A DNA stretch of 56,031 nucleotides, taken from assembly GCA_947259955.1 (NCBI GenBank), contig CAMYOI010000053.1:1-56031 (forward strand), in the 5' to 3' direction. This DNA is from an uncultured Gammaproteobacteria bacterium (GTDB taxonomy: Bacteria > Pseudomonadota > Gammaproteobacteria > Arenicellales > JAANXG01). Below are positions 9,635 through 19,502 of this stretch, piece by piece. The notes under the pieces are model-generated. The model was not told where the DNA came from. It saw nothing but the letters and a program-made list of their open reading frames with translations, and made no database searches. Positions within the stretch are counted from its first letter, which is position 1. The number at the start of each line of letters is the position of its first letter. The translations under genes were made by a program, and so were the position numbers.

Positions 9635-10414
9635 ATGACCGATATTCACGTAAATGAATACAATGAAAATGTAACGGCCATGCTGGAACTGGTGTGGGGG
9701 CGCGGATTTATGGCACCCGGTGGGGAAGGCAATGTTCACCGCATCGTAGAAGGGATCGATCTCACCGACCGGACGGTGCTCGAAATAGGCTCGGGCACCG
9801 GAGGAGGCGCTTTGGTTCTGGCGGGACAGTACGGCGCCCGCGTTATTGGTTTGGAAGTTGAGGCACCGCTGATCGATCGCGCCAGAAAGTACGCGTCCGA
9901 GGCCGGTCTCGATGACCGTGTGGAGTTCAGGCTGGTCAAACCCGGGCCGCTCATGATCGATGACGGCGGCATCGATATCGTCTACAGCAGCGGGGTAATT
10001 ATCCATATAGAAGACAAACCGGCGTTGTTCAACGACGTGCTTCGCGTGTTGAAACCGCGCGGTATATTTACCGCATATGACTGGCTCAAGGGCCCCGGCC
10101 CGCTTAGCCCCGCCATGCACGAGTGGATCCGGCTCGAAGAGCTGACATTCTATCTGGACACCCTGGACAGCTATGAAAAAGCGCTCGCCGAATGCGGATT
10201 TTTAGAGGTGGCCACCCGGGATGCATCGGACTGGTACGCCGATGAAGCGAAACGCGAATATGAGCGGATGAACGAGCCGCTATACGATCAGATCACGGAT
10301 CTGGTGGGGGCTCAGTCGCGGGACCACTTCCTGAAGGACTGGGGCGCAATGGTGCGCGTGCTGCAAAGCGGAGAACTCCGTTCAGGTTATTTCCGGGGTA
10401 CCAAGCCGGGGTGA
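9635..10414 (+). CDS. class I SAM-dependent methyltransferase
   Basis: ORF track gives 9530..10414. I moved the start to ATG 9635 (MTDIHVNEYNENV...). SAM motif I is 'VLEIGSGTGGGALVLA', and the post-I/II regions include 'DIVYSSGVIIHI'. Confidence 0.8.
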   Translation: MTDIHVNEYNENVTAMLELVWGRGFMAPGGEGNVHRIVEGIDLTDRTVLEIGSGTGGGALVLAGQYGARVIGLEVEAPLIDRARKYASEAGLDDRVEFRLVKPGPLMIDDGGIDIVYSSGVIIHIEDKPALFNDVLRVLKPRGIFTAYDWLKGPGPLSPAMHEWIRLEELTFYLDTLDSYEKALAECGFLEVATRDASDWYADEAKREYERMNEPLYDQITDLVGAQSRDHFLKDWGAMVRVLQSGELRSGYFRGTKPG

Positions 10415-10435
10415 GGCACGGCCGGATGCCCCGAA

Positions 10436-11551
10436 TCAACGCACCGCCGCGAGCGCCAGTTCCTGAAAGCGCCTGACGCTGTCTTCCCAGTGAGGTGACA
10501 GCACGCCGCCGGTCTCTGCAACATGCGATGCCTTACCCTGCTGCATTCGCTCGCACATGGCGTGGTCTTCCTTGTGAACCTTGTGCCACAGTTCCTTCAA
10601 TCGTTCGATTTCGTCATCGGTTCTGTCTTTACCATCGGTGATGTATATCACCCGCTTCTGCACGGTGCGATCGACATCAATGGACACGTTAAGGTGGACT
10701 CCGATCTGGTCGGGATAGTAGCGACCTATAATGAAATTGGGAAACAAGGTCAGGTATTGGGAATTGACGGCGAGCGTGTTTGTTTCCTTGCGCACGGGGC
10801 GGGAGATGTCCACAGCGCTGCCCAGGCACTTGCCGTCAATAATCGTGGAGTGGTCGGTCAGGGGTTGATCCGTGGTTATCGAATGGACGAACTGGACATG
10901 ATACGGCTCGATGAAGTTTTCCATGAGCAGTTTCCAGTTGGCGCGGACCTCCCCAAAATCGAGGGTTGCCACCGGGGTGATCTTGTCGAGGTCCACTCCG
11001 GATAGCCGATCCTGGAGCAGCGAGGCGTCTACGTCGAAATCACCGGGTTCCCGGCCCAGATTGACGAATATCCAGTCGTGCCAGACGATGCAGTTTACGG
11101 GGATCAGTCCGTGATCCGCGGGATCAAACCCCGGTGCGCCGTGATGACCGGGACCACCCAGGTGGGGTGTTGATCGAAGCTCGCCGTTCAGGCCATAAAC
11201 CCACGAGTGATAGGGGCATCGCAGACGAGGCCCTACGTTGCCGGCCTCGACGACGAGTTTCATGCAGCGATGACGGCAGGCATTGTGAAAAGCCTTTATT
11301 TCGCGCTCCTTGTTACGTACAAGGAATACCGGCCTTCGACCTATGGTCAGTGGCACGACGTCGCCGGGCTTGGGCAGTTCGTGCGCGAAGCCGGCGAACA
11401 CCCAGTTATTTCCAAACAGAGTTTCAGCTTCGAGATGCCAGTAGTCCGGACAGGTGTAGGCAAAGCCCGGCAGGCCATGTGCGACCGGTGCATCCCGAGA
11501 AAAAGCCCGCAGTGATTCTGCACCGGCAATGTCTAGCAACGAAAGAACCAT
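10436..11551 (-). CDS. Rieske [2Fe-2S] non-heme-iron oxygenase, alpha subunit type (paralogue of 5529..6677)
   Basis: Rieske motif is 'CRHRCMKL...CPYHSW'. Iron motif is 'NWKLLMENFIEPYHVQFVH'. Length is 371 aa. Confidence 0.85.
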   Translation of the reverse strand: MVLSLLDIAGAESLRAFSRDAPVAHGLPGFAYTCPDYWHLEAETLFGNNWVFAGFAHELPKPGDVVPLTIGRRPVFLVRNKEREIKAFHNACRHRCMKLVVEAGNVGPRLRCPYHSWVYGLNGELRSTPHLGGPGHHGAPGFDPADHGLIPVNCIVWHDWIFVNLGREPGDFDVDASLLQDRLSGVDLDKITPVATLDFGEVRANWKLLMENFIEPYHVQFVHSITTDQPLTDHSTIIDGKCLGSAVDISRPVRKETNTLAVNSQYLTLFPNFIIGRYYPDQIGVHLNVSIDVDRTVQKRVIYITDGKDRTDDEIERLKELWHKVHKEDHAMCERMQQGKASHVAETGGVLSPHWEDSVRRFQELALAAVR

Positions 11552-11694
11552 ATCAACACCCTCGATGTTTGCTGATTATTGTCCCAACGCGGCGCGCATT
11601 ATATCGAAACACGCATCGGTGACAATTCTCGGTTATCATCTGGCCCACAACAATTTTACAGTACGACCAACACCAAAATTACGGGGACCAGACC

Positions 11695-13316
11695 GTGAGT
11701 AACGCCGACATCTACGAGCAGGGTCTTGAACCCAATCCCGCCAACTACAGACCGCTTACGCCGCTGACCTACCTGGCTCGATCGGCTCGGGTTTATCCGG
11801 ACAAACCCGCGATCATTCACGGCAAAATGACTCGCAGTTACTCCGCGCTTTACGATCGGTGCCGGCGGCTGGCCAGTGCGCTCGAATCGCATGGTATCGG
11901 AAGCGGTGACACGGTGTCCATCATGTCGCCCAATGCGCCGGCGATGCTCGAGGCACACTACGGGGTGCCGATGTCGGGGGCGGTGCTGAATGCACTCAAT
12001 TACCGTCTTGATGCGGACACTATCGGTTTCATATTGAATCACTGCGAAGCCAAGATGCTGCTGACCGACCGCGAGTACTCGCCGGTCGTATCGACAATCT
12101 GGGGAGGCGCATCACCGTCATTGATATAGATGATCCGCTCGCCGCCGGCGGAGAGTTGATCGGCGACGGGGACTACGAAGCATTTTTAGAGGAAGGCGAT
12201 CCCGCATACGAATGGCGGGCGCCGAAAGACGAGTGGCAGGGCATCACACTGAATTACACCTCGGGTACCACCGGCAATCCGAAGGGGGTCGTCTATCACC
12301 ACCGCGGTGCGTTTCTCAACGCCCTCGGAAATGCCCTGGTGTTTGGCATCAATGACAAATCGGTTTACCTGTGGACATTACCCATGTTCCACTGCAACGG
12401 CTGGACATTTACATGGGGCGTCACCGCCGTGGGCGGGACCCATGTATGCCTGCGCGCTGTAGACCCGGCGATGATCTTTGACCTAATAGATCGGCACCGC
12501 GTCACGCACATGTGCGGCGCACCAATCGTACTGAACATGCTGGTCCATGCTCCGCAGGAATCCAGGAAGAGCTTCAGCCAACTCGTGGAGGTGGCCACGG
12601 GCGGGGCGGCTCCGCCCAGCGCGATTATCGCTTCCATGGAGCGAATGGGATTCCGGGTCCTGCACCTGTATGGGCTGACCGAGAGCTATGGCCCGGCTAC
12701 GCTGTGCACCCCGCAACCGGATTGGGACAACCTGCCTCCGGATCAGCGCGCCTGGAAAATGTCGAGACAGGGCGTGACCTACCCAACCCTCGACGATCTG
12801 ATGGTGGCCCATCCTGAAAGCCTCGAGCCCGTTCCAGCGGACGGAGAGACCATCGGTGAGCTGATGATGCGCGGTAATACGGTGATGAAAGGTTATCTGA
12901 AAAATTCTGACGCAACGCAGGCGGCGCTTGCCGGCGGCTGGTTCCATACGGGCGATCTCGGCGTCATGCATCCGGACGGATATGCGGAGGTGAAAGACCG
13001 CTCCAAGGACATCATCATCTCCGGGGGTGAAAACATTTCCAGCCTGGAAGTCGAGGAGGTTTTGTATCGCCACCCGGATATCATGGAAGCGGCGGTGGTT
13101 TCCCGGCCCGACGAGAAGTGGGGCGAAACACCTTGTGCCTTCGTGACGCTGCGACCGGGAATCGAACACTTGAGCCAGGATGAAATCGTCGAGTACTGCC
13201 GGCGGAACATGGCTCATTACAAGGTTCCCCGGACGATAATATTCGGGGAGCTGCCCAAAACGTCGACGGGCAAGATCCAGAAATTTGTACTGCGCGAAAA
13301 GGCGGGGAACTTGTGA
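11695..13316 (+). pseudogene. AMP-dependent acyl-CoA synthetase/ligase, reading frame interrupted by a 1-nt shift near 12085-12095 (or a sequencing error)
   Basis: ORFs 11695..12129 and 12156..13316 together give one full-length enzyme, with motifs 'LNYTSGTTGNPKGV', 'GWFHTGDLG' and 'PKTSTGKIQK'. The second frame stays open back to about 12081 and reads ...RIDNLGRRITVIDIDDPLAAGGELIGDGDYEAF. This continues the first ORF sensibly after ...DREYSPVV. Confidence 0.8.
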
Positions 13317-13392
13317 CCGGGAGTGCCAACGACATAAGGCATCCCGCTGCGGGTACGGATGGTTTGGGCGTGCCCTTTGCCTGTCCGAGTAA

Positions 13393-14127
13393 TCAGTCTG
13401 CTATCCGCACGGGCTCCTGGGTATTTTCGTCTTCGAATACAACGTTTATACGGCGGTTGTGTTTGCCTTTTTTTTCTATTTTCTTCACTCGCACCCTGCC
13501 GATTTCGCCGATGTTTTTGACATGGGTGCCGCCGCAGGGCTGAAGATCGACCCCTTTGACATCGACCAGCCGGACACGGCCGCCGCCCCGCGGCGGTTCG
13601 ACTGACATGGTTCGGACGAGCTCAGGCTGCGCATCGAGTTCCTGGTCTGATATCCAGCGGGTTTCAACGTCGTGCTTCTGTTCGATCAGCGCGTTCAATT
13701 TTTCGGTAACCTCGATCTTGTCGAGAGGGTCTGGAGCGTCGAAATCGAGCCGGGCGCTGCCGTCGCGGATCGAACCCCCGGTCACTCCAAGAGGGATGAT
13801 GGAGCACAACAGATGCATGCAGGTGTGCATGCGCATCAGTCTGTGGCGGCGGTTCCAGTCGATTTCGGCACGCACTTTGTCCCCAGCGGCGGGTAAAGGT
13901 GCACCATCCGCCGCAATATGATGAATGTCAGCCTCCACTTTTTGAGTATCGATGATCTGGGCTCGATCACCATTCTCCAAAATCAGGGAGCCAATATCTC
14001 CGGGCTGGCCGCCTCCCATCGGGTAGAACACGGTCCTGTCCAGAATTATCCCATTTTCGTCGACCGCGGTTACGATGGCGTCACACGACTTGAGATAGCT
14101 GTCTTCTCGAAATAATTCGATGGTCAT
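13393..14127 (-). CDS. alanyl-tRNA editing protein (AlaX-like, tRNA-synthetase SAD editing domain)
   Basis: ORF track gives 13393..14148. ATG 14127 gives MTIELFREDSYLKSC.... Zinc/editing motifs are 'HTCMHLL' and 'CGGTHV'. Confidence 0.8.
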   Translation of the reverse strand: MTIELFREDSYLKSCDAIVTAVDENGIILDRTVFYPMGGGQPGDIGSLILENGDRAQIIDTQKVEADIHHIAADGAPLPAAGDKVRAEIDWNRRHRLMRMHTCMHLLCSIIPLGVTGGSIRDGSARLDFDAPDPLDKIEVTEKLNALIEQKHDVETRWISDQELDAQPELVRTMSVEPPRGGGRVRLVDVKGVDLQPCGGTHVKNIGEIGRVRVKKIEKKGKHNRRINVVFEDENTQEPVRIAD

Positions 14128-14264
14128 TAGTCTTGCCAGGGGAATCAATCCGAAAAGTATATCAGGGAACGCCGGATCCAGCGATTTACCGGATCAAAAT
14201 CGGCTGCAGGCGAACCTTCCGATTATTACGGGTAACGACACAGTTGCGCGAGGCTAAAAAATTT

Positions 14265-14288
14265 GTAGGAGTGGCGCCCTCGCCGCGA
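14265..14288. repeat. REP-like repeat copy (GTAGGAGTGGCGCCCTCGCCGCGA)
   Basis: 23 of 24 nt identical to the copy at 50631..50654. It lies in the intergenic region between the divergent alaX-like and dsbB genes. Confidence 0.7.
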
Positions 14289-14406
14289 TCGAGCGGGTGC
14301 TGGCGAGATATTCGGTGGCCGGGTGAACGGTGGAAGCCCCTGCCAAGTCTTGAGCTACAATCTGTCTATACTCCAAGACACAGCGTATCGCTCGAATTTT
14401 CAAACT

Positions 14407-14895
14407 ATGAATCACAGGATCATTTACCTGATTGGATTTATCGGCTGCACCATTCTCATGGCCACCGCCCTTTACTTTCAGTACGTGATGGAGTTGGAAC
14501 CGTGTCCGCTCTGCATCGTCCAGAGGATATCTTTTGTGCTGATCGGAGCGCTCAGCCTGGTTGCCTTTTTCCACAATCCCGATGGTTGGGGAAACAAAGT
14601 ATACGGAATCGCCGGCGCTATCCTTGCGGCTGCGGGCGCCGCTGTGGCGGCGCGCCATGTGTGGCTGCAAAACCTGCCGCCGGAGCTGGTCCCTGAGTGC
14701 GGCCCGGGGCTGGATTATATGCTTCGCGTCTTTCCGATCGGTCAGGTTTTTGGGATGGTATTTAAAGGATCGGGGGAGTGTGCGGAGGTGGCGTGGCAGT
14801 TTATGGGGCTTTCGATCCCAGGCTGGACGCTGGTGGCTTACGTGGTGATTGCGGTGATTGCGCTGTACCAGGCGTTCAGGCGCTATCCTCAGTAG
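14407..14895 (+). CDS. dsbB: disulfide bond formation protein B
   Basis: ORF track gives 14323..14895. I moved the start to ATG 14407 (MNHRIIYLIGFIGCTILMA...). The first Cys pair is 'LEPCPLCIVQR' and the second-loop cysteines are 'PECGPG...GSGECAEVAW'. There are four hydrophobic helices. Confidence 0.85.
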   Translation: MNHRIIYLIGFIGCTILMATALYFQYVMELEPCPLCIVQRISFVLIGALSLVAFFHNPDGWGNKVYGIAGAILAAAGAAVAARHVWLQNLPPELVPECGPGLDYMLRVFPIGQVFGMVFKGSGECAEVAWQFMGLSIPGWTLVAYVVIAVIALYQAFRRYPQ

Positions 14896-15007
14896 AGCCG
14901 ACTCACAATCCTCTCAACTAGCCCGCAGTTTGCACCAGATCGGCCGTGCTCTTTACAATGACGCAATAGATCGGCGGTTTCGCGCACTGTACCGTCGGAA
15001 TCGCAGT

Positions 15008-16816
15008 TCAGTTATAGCACTGCTGGACAGCGAGAGAATTGCCTGCTCTTATGGTCTCGTACTTCCTCCAGAATGACTCGTCGATCCGTTTCAACTCGGG
15101 TGACGTGTTTTTTTTCTGGTATCTCGTCAGGTGCCCCGGCCCGCCGTGGTACGCCGAGTAAGTGGCGCGAGCCAGGTTCTGCACATCGTTCGATCGCTTG
15201 TGTTCTATTTTTCTGATCGCGTAGTGCACCAGATAATGATGCAAAATCTCCGCGCCGGCGGTGGCGTTGTAAGAAATGTTCCAGGTCAGCGGCTTCGGAT
15301 GATAGAAGCCTCGCCAGACTCTTGGTGAAACCTGCATGATGCCGACCGCGCCGACACTGGACTTGATGGGTTTTTGCTTCCCGTCCTCGACTATGAACTG
15401 GCGCCAGCACGTTTCCTGCCAGGCGGACGCAAGCAGCAGCGGGTGAAAAATATCCCTATAGGGCCGATCCAGCTCCCTGTCACGAAGGACCTTGTCCCCC
15501 ACGCCGTCCAACAACTGGCGCACGCGAACCAGATACTCATGAATGTTGTCTTTAGCGGGTATCCACTTGTCGAGATCGATCAGCGTGTCGCTGTCCGTCG
15601 AATTCTGGGCCCATGCGCTGCTTATGAGCCAACCGCTGCCGGTCGAAAATCGTGTCCCGTGAAGCTCGACGGGCTGCCCGAAGTCGAATAGATCGCGCAG
15701 CGCGGGATCAACCTCCTCATCATAGAGCAGCGGATCCGTCTGACCCGGAGGGGCAATGAGACGGGCGAGCCCCCTGAGCCCGTTTGTGGAAATGTCCATG
15801 TTGAGCCCAGGGCCTGCCGCGTCGATTGCCCGTAAAGCATCCAGCGCCCCGACGAAGGCGATATAGTCAAGCGCCGTGTCGTCCGGGATGCTGCTGCTTA
15901 TTTTTTTTATCAGGGGCGCCAGCTCGGACCAGGTGTCCAGAAAAAGCGCGCGCACCGGATCCTCAGAACCCGGGATCACCGTCTCGAGGGCCCGGACTAT
16001 TTCATGGCGAGCATTCAGCAGCACGGCCAACAAGTCATCTCGCAACGCTTTATCGGAAGTACGCAGGGCGGTTTGTTTCGCCGCCAGCGTAACGAACACA
16101 TCCCAGCTCACCAGGACTTCGTCGACCCTCGCCATTTCTGACGCAGACAGTACCGGCTGTTTGTACCGCGGCGGTTGATTTTCCGCGTCGATCGCCATTT
16201 TAAGCAGCAACGACATACCTTCGGTGTCTGTGGATACGTCGGATATCAACAGTGAGGTGAGTATGTCGTCGACCGGCCCCGCATTGCTGTGAGGGAAAAG
16301 CGTTCGAGCCGCGGAGTGTAGGTCCATCAAAGGCCTGGAGAGATCGATGCGCATCGTCGCCAGGCGGGGATGAACATATTGCTTGGTCCAGTTCCATACT
16401 GCTCCCCCCGTGTCGGCCCTACCATGGGAACTGCGGATTTGTGAATCGATCACAATCAATTCGATACCATTACCCCTGGCTGCCACTGACGGTGCCATGA
16501 TCACATCGATTTCGCCTTGCCACGGCACCAGGGGCACGCATAGATTTCCGACGGGTGTTCCTGCACGACCCTCGCCGTTCATTCGCATCCGGATCCCCGA
16601 CGGATCGCTTGAAATCACCGGATCGGAAAGGACTAAATGATTGCATCCCGTCCCGTCGTTCCACGCTACGAAAGTTTGATTCGGATCGGTGAAAATCTTC
16701 TTCACTGCGAGGTACTGAAAATACCCGGTGCCCAGACGCAGCGGTATCGAAACATCACCGGCAAACACGGCCGTTTGCAGGGCACACAGGAGAAACATCA
16801 GAGAGAATCTTAGCAC
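15008..16816 (-). CDS. secreted protein with a C-terminal lytic transglycosylase (SLT) domain
   Basis: 602 aa. Signal peptide is MLRFSLMFLLCALQTAVFAG. The SLT-type motif is 'AVGIMQVSPRVWRGF...NISYNATAGAEILHHY'. Confidence 0.8.
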   Translation of the reverse strand: MLRFSLMFLLCALQTAVFAGDVSIPLRLGTGYFQYLAVKKIFTDPNQTFVAWNDGTGCNHLVLSDPVISSDPSGIRMRMNGEGRAGTPVGNLCVPLVPWQGEIDVIMAPSVAARGNGIELIVIDSQIRSSHGRADTGGAVWNWTKQYVHPRLATMRIDLSRPLMDLHSAARTLFPHSNAGPVDDILTSLLISDVSTDTEGMSLLLKMAIDAENQPPRYKQPVLSASEMARVDEVLVSWDVFVTLAAKQTALRTSDKALRDDLLAVLLNARHEIVRALETVIPGSEDPVRALFLDTWSELAPLIKKISSSIPDDTALDYIAFVGALDALRAIDAAGPGLNMDISTNGLRGLARLIAPPGQTDPLLYDEEVDPALRDLFDFGQPVELHGTRFSTGSGWLISSAWAQNSTDSDTLIDLDKWIPAKDNIHEYLVRVRQLLDGVGDKVLRDRELDRPYRDIFHPLLLASAWQETCWRQFIVEDGKQKPIKSSVGAVGIMQVSPRVWRGFYHPKPLTWNISYNATAGAEILHHYLVHYAIRKIEHKRSNDVQNLARATYSAYHGGPGHLTRYQKKNTSPELKRIDESFWRKYETIRAGNSLAVQQCYN

Positions 16817-17059
16817 TTGCCGTTTAAGTCATTCAGGTTGGCGCTCATATTTACTACGTGATTCCATGATCATCAACATGCGGAATACTAAAACCATAAT
16901 ATTCACAAGAGTTTGTGAATGAAAGTTGAACTTCTTGTTCAAATAGCGCCGTTAAAAATGTAAAGAAACGCGCGATCCTAAACTTCTAGCTGTCCAATTG
17001 GCCCCGTAGAATACTTGCACTATACTATAACGGCCCCAACATCCCGGTTTGCGAATCGC

Positions 17060-17248
17060 ATGCGCAACGACAACTACTGGTACGACGAGGGAGCCTATGC
17101 ATTCAAGGCGGGCATCGAACTGGGCGATCTCGAAGAGCATTTTCCGTGCGGCAAGATGACGGAACGAGAGTGGCAATCCCTGCAAACCGGATGGGTTGCG
17201 AAGCAAAACGAGTTTTTCGAGAGTATGGGACAAGGACGTCTTTTCTGA
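17060..17248 (+). CDS. small hypothetical protein
   Basis: TTG-initiated ORF 17015..17248. ATG 17060 gives 62 aa (MRNDNYWYDEGAYAFKAGIELGDLEEHFPCGKMTEREWQSLQTGWVAKQNEFFESMGQGRLF). Composition is balanced and protein-like. I recognise no family. Confidence 0.4.
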   Translation: MRNDNYWYDEGAYAFKAGIELGDLEEHFPCGKMTEREWQSLQTGWVAKQNEFFESMGQGRLF

Positions 17249-17370
17249 CATCCCTTCAGTCCTCAGCATTGCTCAGAAACAGGATTTGAGTTGTTCGTCC
17301 GTATGCCGGCCCAGATACCGGATTCCTGAACCCTAACCTTTCCAGCAGAACTTTATACCGAGGAGTGTAC

Positions 17371-17841
17371 ATGGCACTTGAAGAAGGCAAATCCGCGCCG
17401 GCGTTTACGTTGAAGGATCCCGGTGGTAACGCGGTTTCACTGAAGGACTTTCGGGGAAGGAACGTCATAGTCTATTTCTATCCTAAAGACGATACACCGG
17501 GGTGTACGAAAGAAGCATGCGGATTCCGGGACCTGTGGAAGGATATTCAGAATACCGGCACGGTTGTGATTGGTATATCTCCTGACGACGAAGCGTCACA
17601 CAGAAAGTTCATCGACAAATTTGGTCTTCCCTTCTTGCTGCTGAGCGATCCGGAAAGAAAAGTCATGAGCAAGTATTTCGCCTATGGCGAAAAAATGATG
17701 TACGGCAAAAAGACCGTGGGTGTCATCCGTTCCACGGTCTGGGTGGATCCCAACGGAAAAGTTAAAAAGCACTGGAAGAAAGTAGCCAAGGCTGCCGATC
17801 ACCCGGCTAAGATACTGGAACTGTTGCAATCGGCTGAATAA
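17371..17841 (+). CDS. bcp: thioredoxin-dependent thiol peroxidase (peroxiredoxin Bcp)
   Basis: AGGAG lies 5 nt upstream of ATG 17371. The active site reads 'FYPKDDTPGCTKEACGFRD'. Confidence 0.9.
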   Translation: MALEEGKSAPAFTLKDPGGNAVSLKDFRGRNVIVYFYPKDDTPGCTKEACGFRDLWKDIQNTGTVVIGISPDDEASHRKFIDKFGLPFLLLSDPERKVMSKYFAYGEKMMYGKKTVGVIRSTVWVDPNGKVKKHWKKVAKAADHPAKILELLQSAE

Positions 17842-17913
17842 ACTGGCCTGTAATTTCTCCCCGGCTTAGTCAGGAAGACGCTGCCCTTGGCGAGTGAGTC
17901 CGCATATTGCAGG

Positions 17914-19311
17914 CTAGCTGCTCGACCCACCCCATAACCAGGACCAGCCCCTGCTTTGTTTGTGTTCGCGCACGTCAATGCTGGCAAAGGGGCGTTCGAC
18001 CTCGCCCGTATAGAGCTGCCGGGGGCGTCCAATCTTTACTGAAGGCTCGGACATCATTTCCTTCCAGTGGGCGATCCAACCTACCGTACGCGCGATCGCA
18101 AAAATTACCGTAAACATGTGCGGTGGGAATCCCATGGCCTTCAGAATGATGCCGGAGTAAAAGTCGACATTCGGGTAAAGTTTGCGACTGACGAAGTAGT
18201 CATCTTCGAGCGCTATTTTTTCGAGCGCTACGGCGATTTCGAGCAGCGGGTCGTCGATGCCCAGTTCGTTCAGGACTTCGTTACAGGTTTCACGCATGAC
18301 CGTCGCTCTTGGATCGTAGTTCTTGTAGACGCGATGGCCGAATCCCATCAGTCTGTAGCTGTCGTCCGGATCCTGTGCACGCTTGACGAATTTTGCAACG
18401 TTCTTCTTGTCCTCGATCTCACCAAGCATCCGCAACACGGCCTCGTTCGCACCGCCATGTGCGGGGCCCCACAACGATGCTATGCCGGCGGCGATGCAGG
18501 CGAATGGATTGGCTTGGGAAGATCCCGCGAGTCGAACCGTGGAGGTTGATGCATTCTGCTCGTGGTCGGCGTGCAGGATTAGGATTTTATCCATTGCCTT
18601 CGCCAGAACAGGGCTGACAGTATATTCCTGCGTAGGCAAGCCGAACATCATGTTCAACAGGTTTTCGGCGTAGCTCAGATTATTGCGGGGAGAGATGAAC
18701 GGCTGGCCTAATGAATACTTGTAGGCGTAAGCGCCAATCGTCGGCATTTTCGCGACAAGACGGTGCGATGCGATCATCCGCTGGTGCGGGTCCGAGATGT
18801 CCGTGCTGTCGTGATAGAAAGCCGAGAGGGCGCCGACCACACCGACCATGATGGACATCGGGTGGGCATCGCGCCTGAACCCTTGATACAACTGCTTGAG
18901 TTGTTCGTGCAGCAGCGTATGGTTGGTAATGCTGCGATCGAACTCCTCTTTCTCCTCCGGCGAAGGCAGATCCCCGTGAAACAACAGGTAGCAGACATCG
19001 AGGTAGTCGCTGTTTTCCGCAAGATCGGAGATGGAGTAACCGCGATGTCGGAGAATCCCCGCGTCGCCATCGATGTATGTGATGCCGGAAGCGCAGGCGG
19101 CGGTTGAAGTAAATCCGGGATCGTAGGTGAAGACTCCTACATCTTTGTACAGGTTCCTGATGTCGAGCACGCTTGGACCCACCGTCCCGTCCAGTACGGG
19201 AATCTCATAGGTATTGCCCGTCGCATTGTCACGCAGGGAAAACGTGTGGGCACCGTTGGTAATGTTTTCTTCGTTTTTGTTTATCGCTTCTGCCTTTTTC
19301 GAATTAGTCAT
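17914..19311 (-). CDS. gltA: citrate synthase (type II)
   Basis: Signatures are '[14 protein letters not shown]', '[12 protein letters not shown]' and 'RPRQLYTG'. Length is 465 aa. Confidence 0.92.
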   Translation of the reverse strand: MTNSKKAEAINKNEENITNGAHTFSLRDNATGNTYEIPVLDGTVGPSVLDIRNLYKDVGVFTYDPGFTSTAACASGITYIDGDAGILRHRGYSISDLAENSDYLDVCYLLFHGDLPSPEEKEEFDRSITNHTLLHEQLKQLYQGFRRDAHPMSIMVGVVGALSAFYHDSTDISDPHQRMIASHRLVAKMPTIGAYAYKYSLGQPFISPRNNLSYAENLLNMMFGLPTQEYTVSPVLAKAMDKILILHADHEQNASTSTVRLAGSSQANPFACIAAGIASLWGPAHGGANEAVLRMLGEIEDKKNVAKFVKRAQDPDDSYRLMGFGHRVYKNYDPRATVMRETCNEVLNELGIDDPLLEIAVALEKIALEDDYFVSRKLYPNVDFYSGIILKAMGFPPHMFTVIFAIARTVGWIAHWKEMMSEPSVKIGRPRQLYTGEVERPFASIDVREHKQSRGWSWLWGGSSS

Positions 19312-19502
19312 TCCATATGCTCCCGTTACCGTGAAACTTCTTCCGCGCGAACACTATGTTCACGCACTGCAAACGCATTATTTTACCTGTTTGACGGCCA
19401 AGGGGGAAATCGCTCCGATGCAGATGCGCGGTGCTGTATGAGGGTCGGCGGGCAATATGATCACCATTGGAACAGGCAGCGTCGCCGACGGGTTGTTCGT
19501 TA

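Noticed and set aside
17914-17970. ~17-residue C-terminal extension of citrate synthase (…[19 protein letters not shown]) as another frame error
   Set aside because: The frame is continuous through the conserved 'RPRQLYTG' region. No alternative frame gives a better C-terminus, so this is probably a natural tail.
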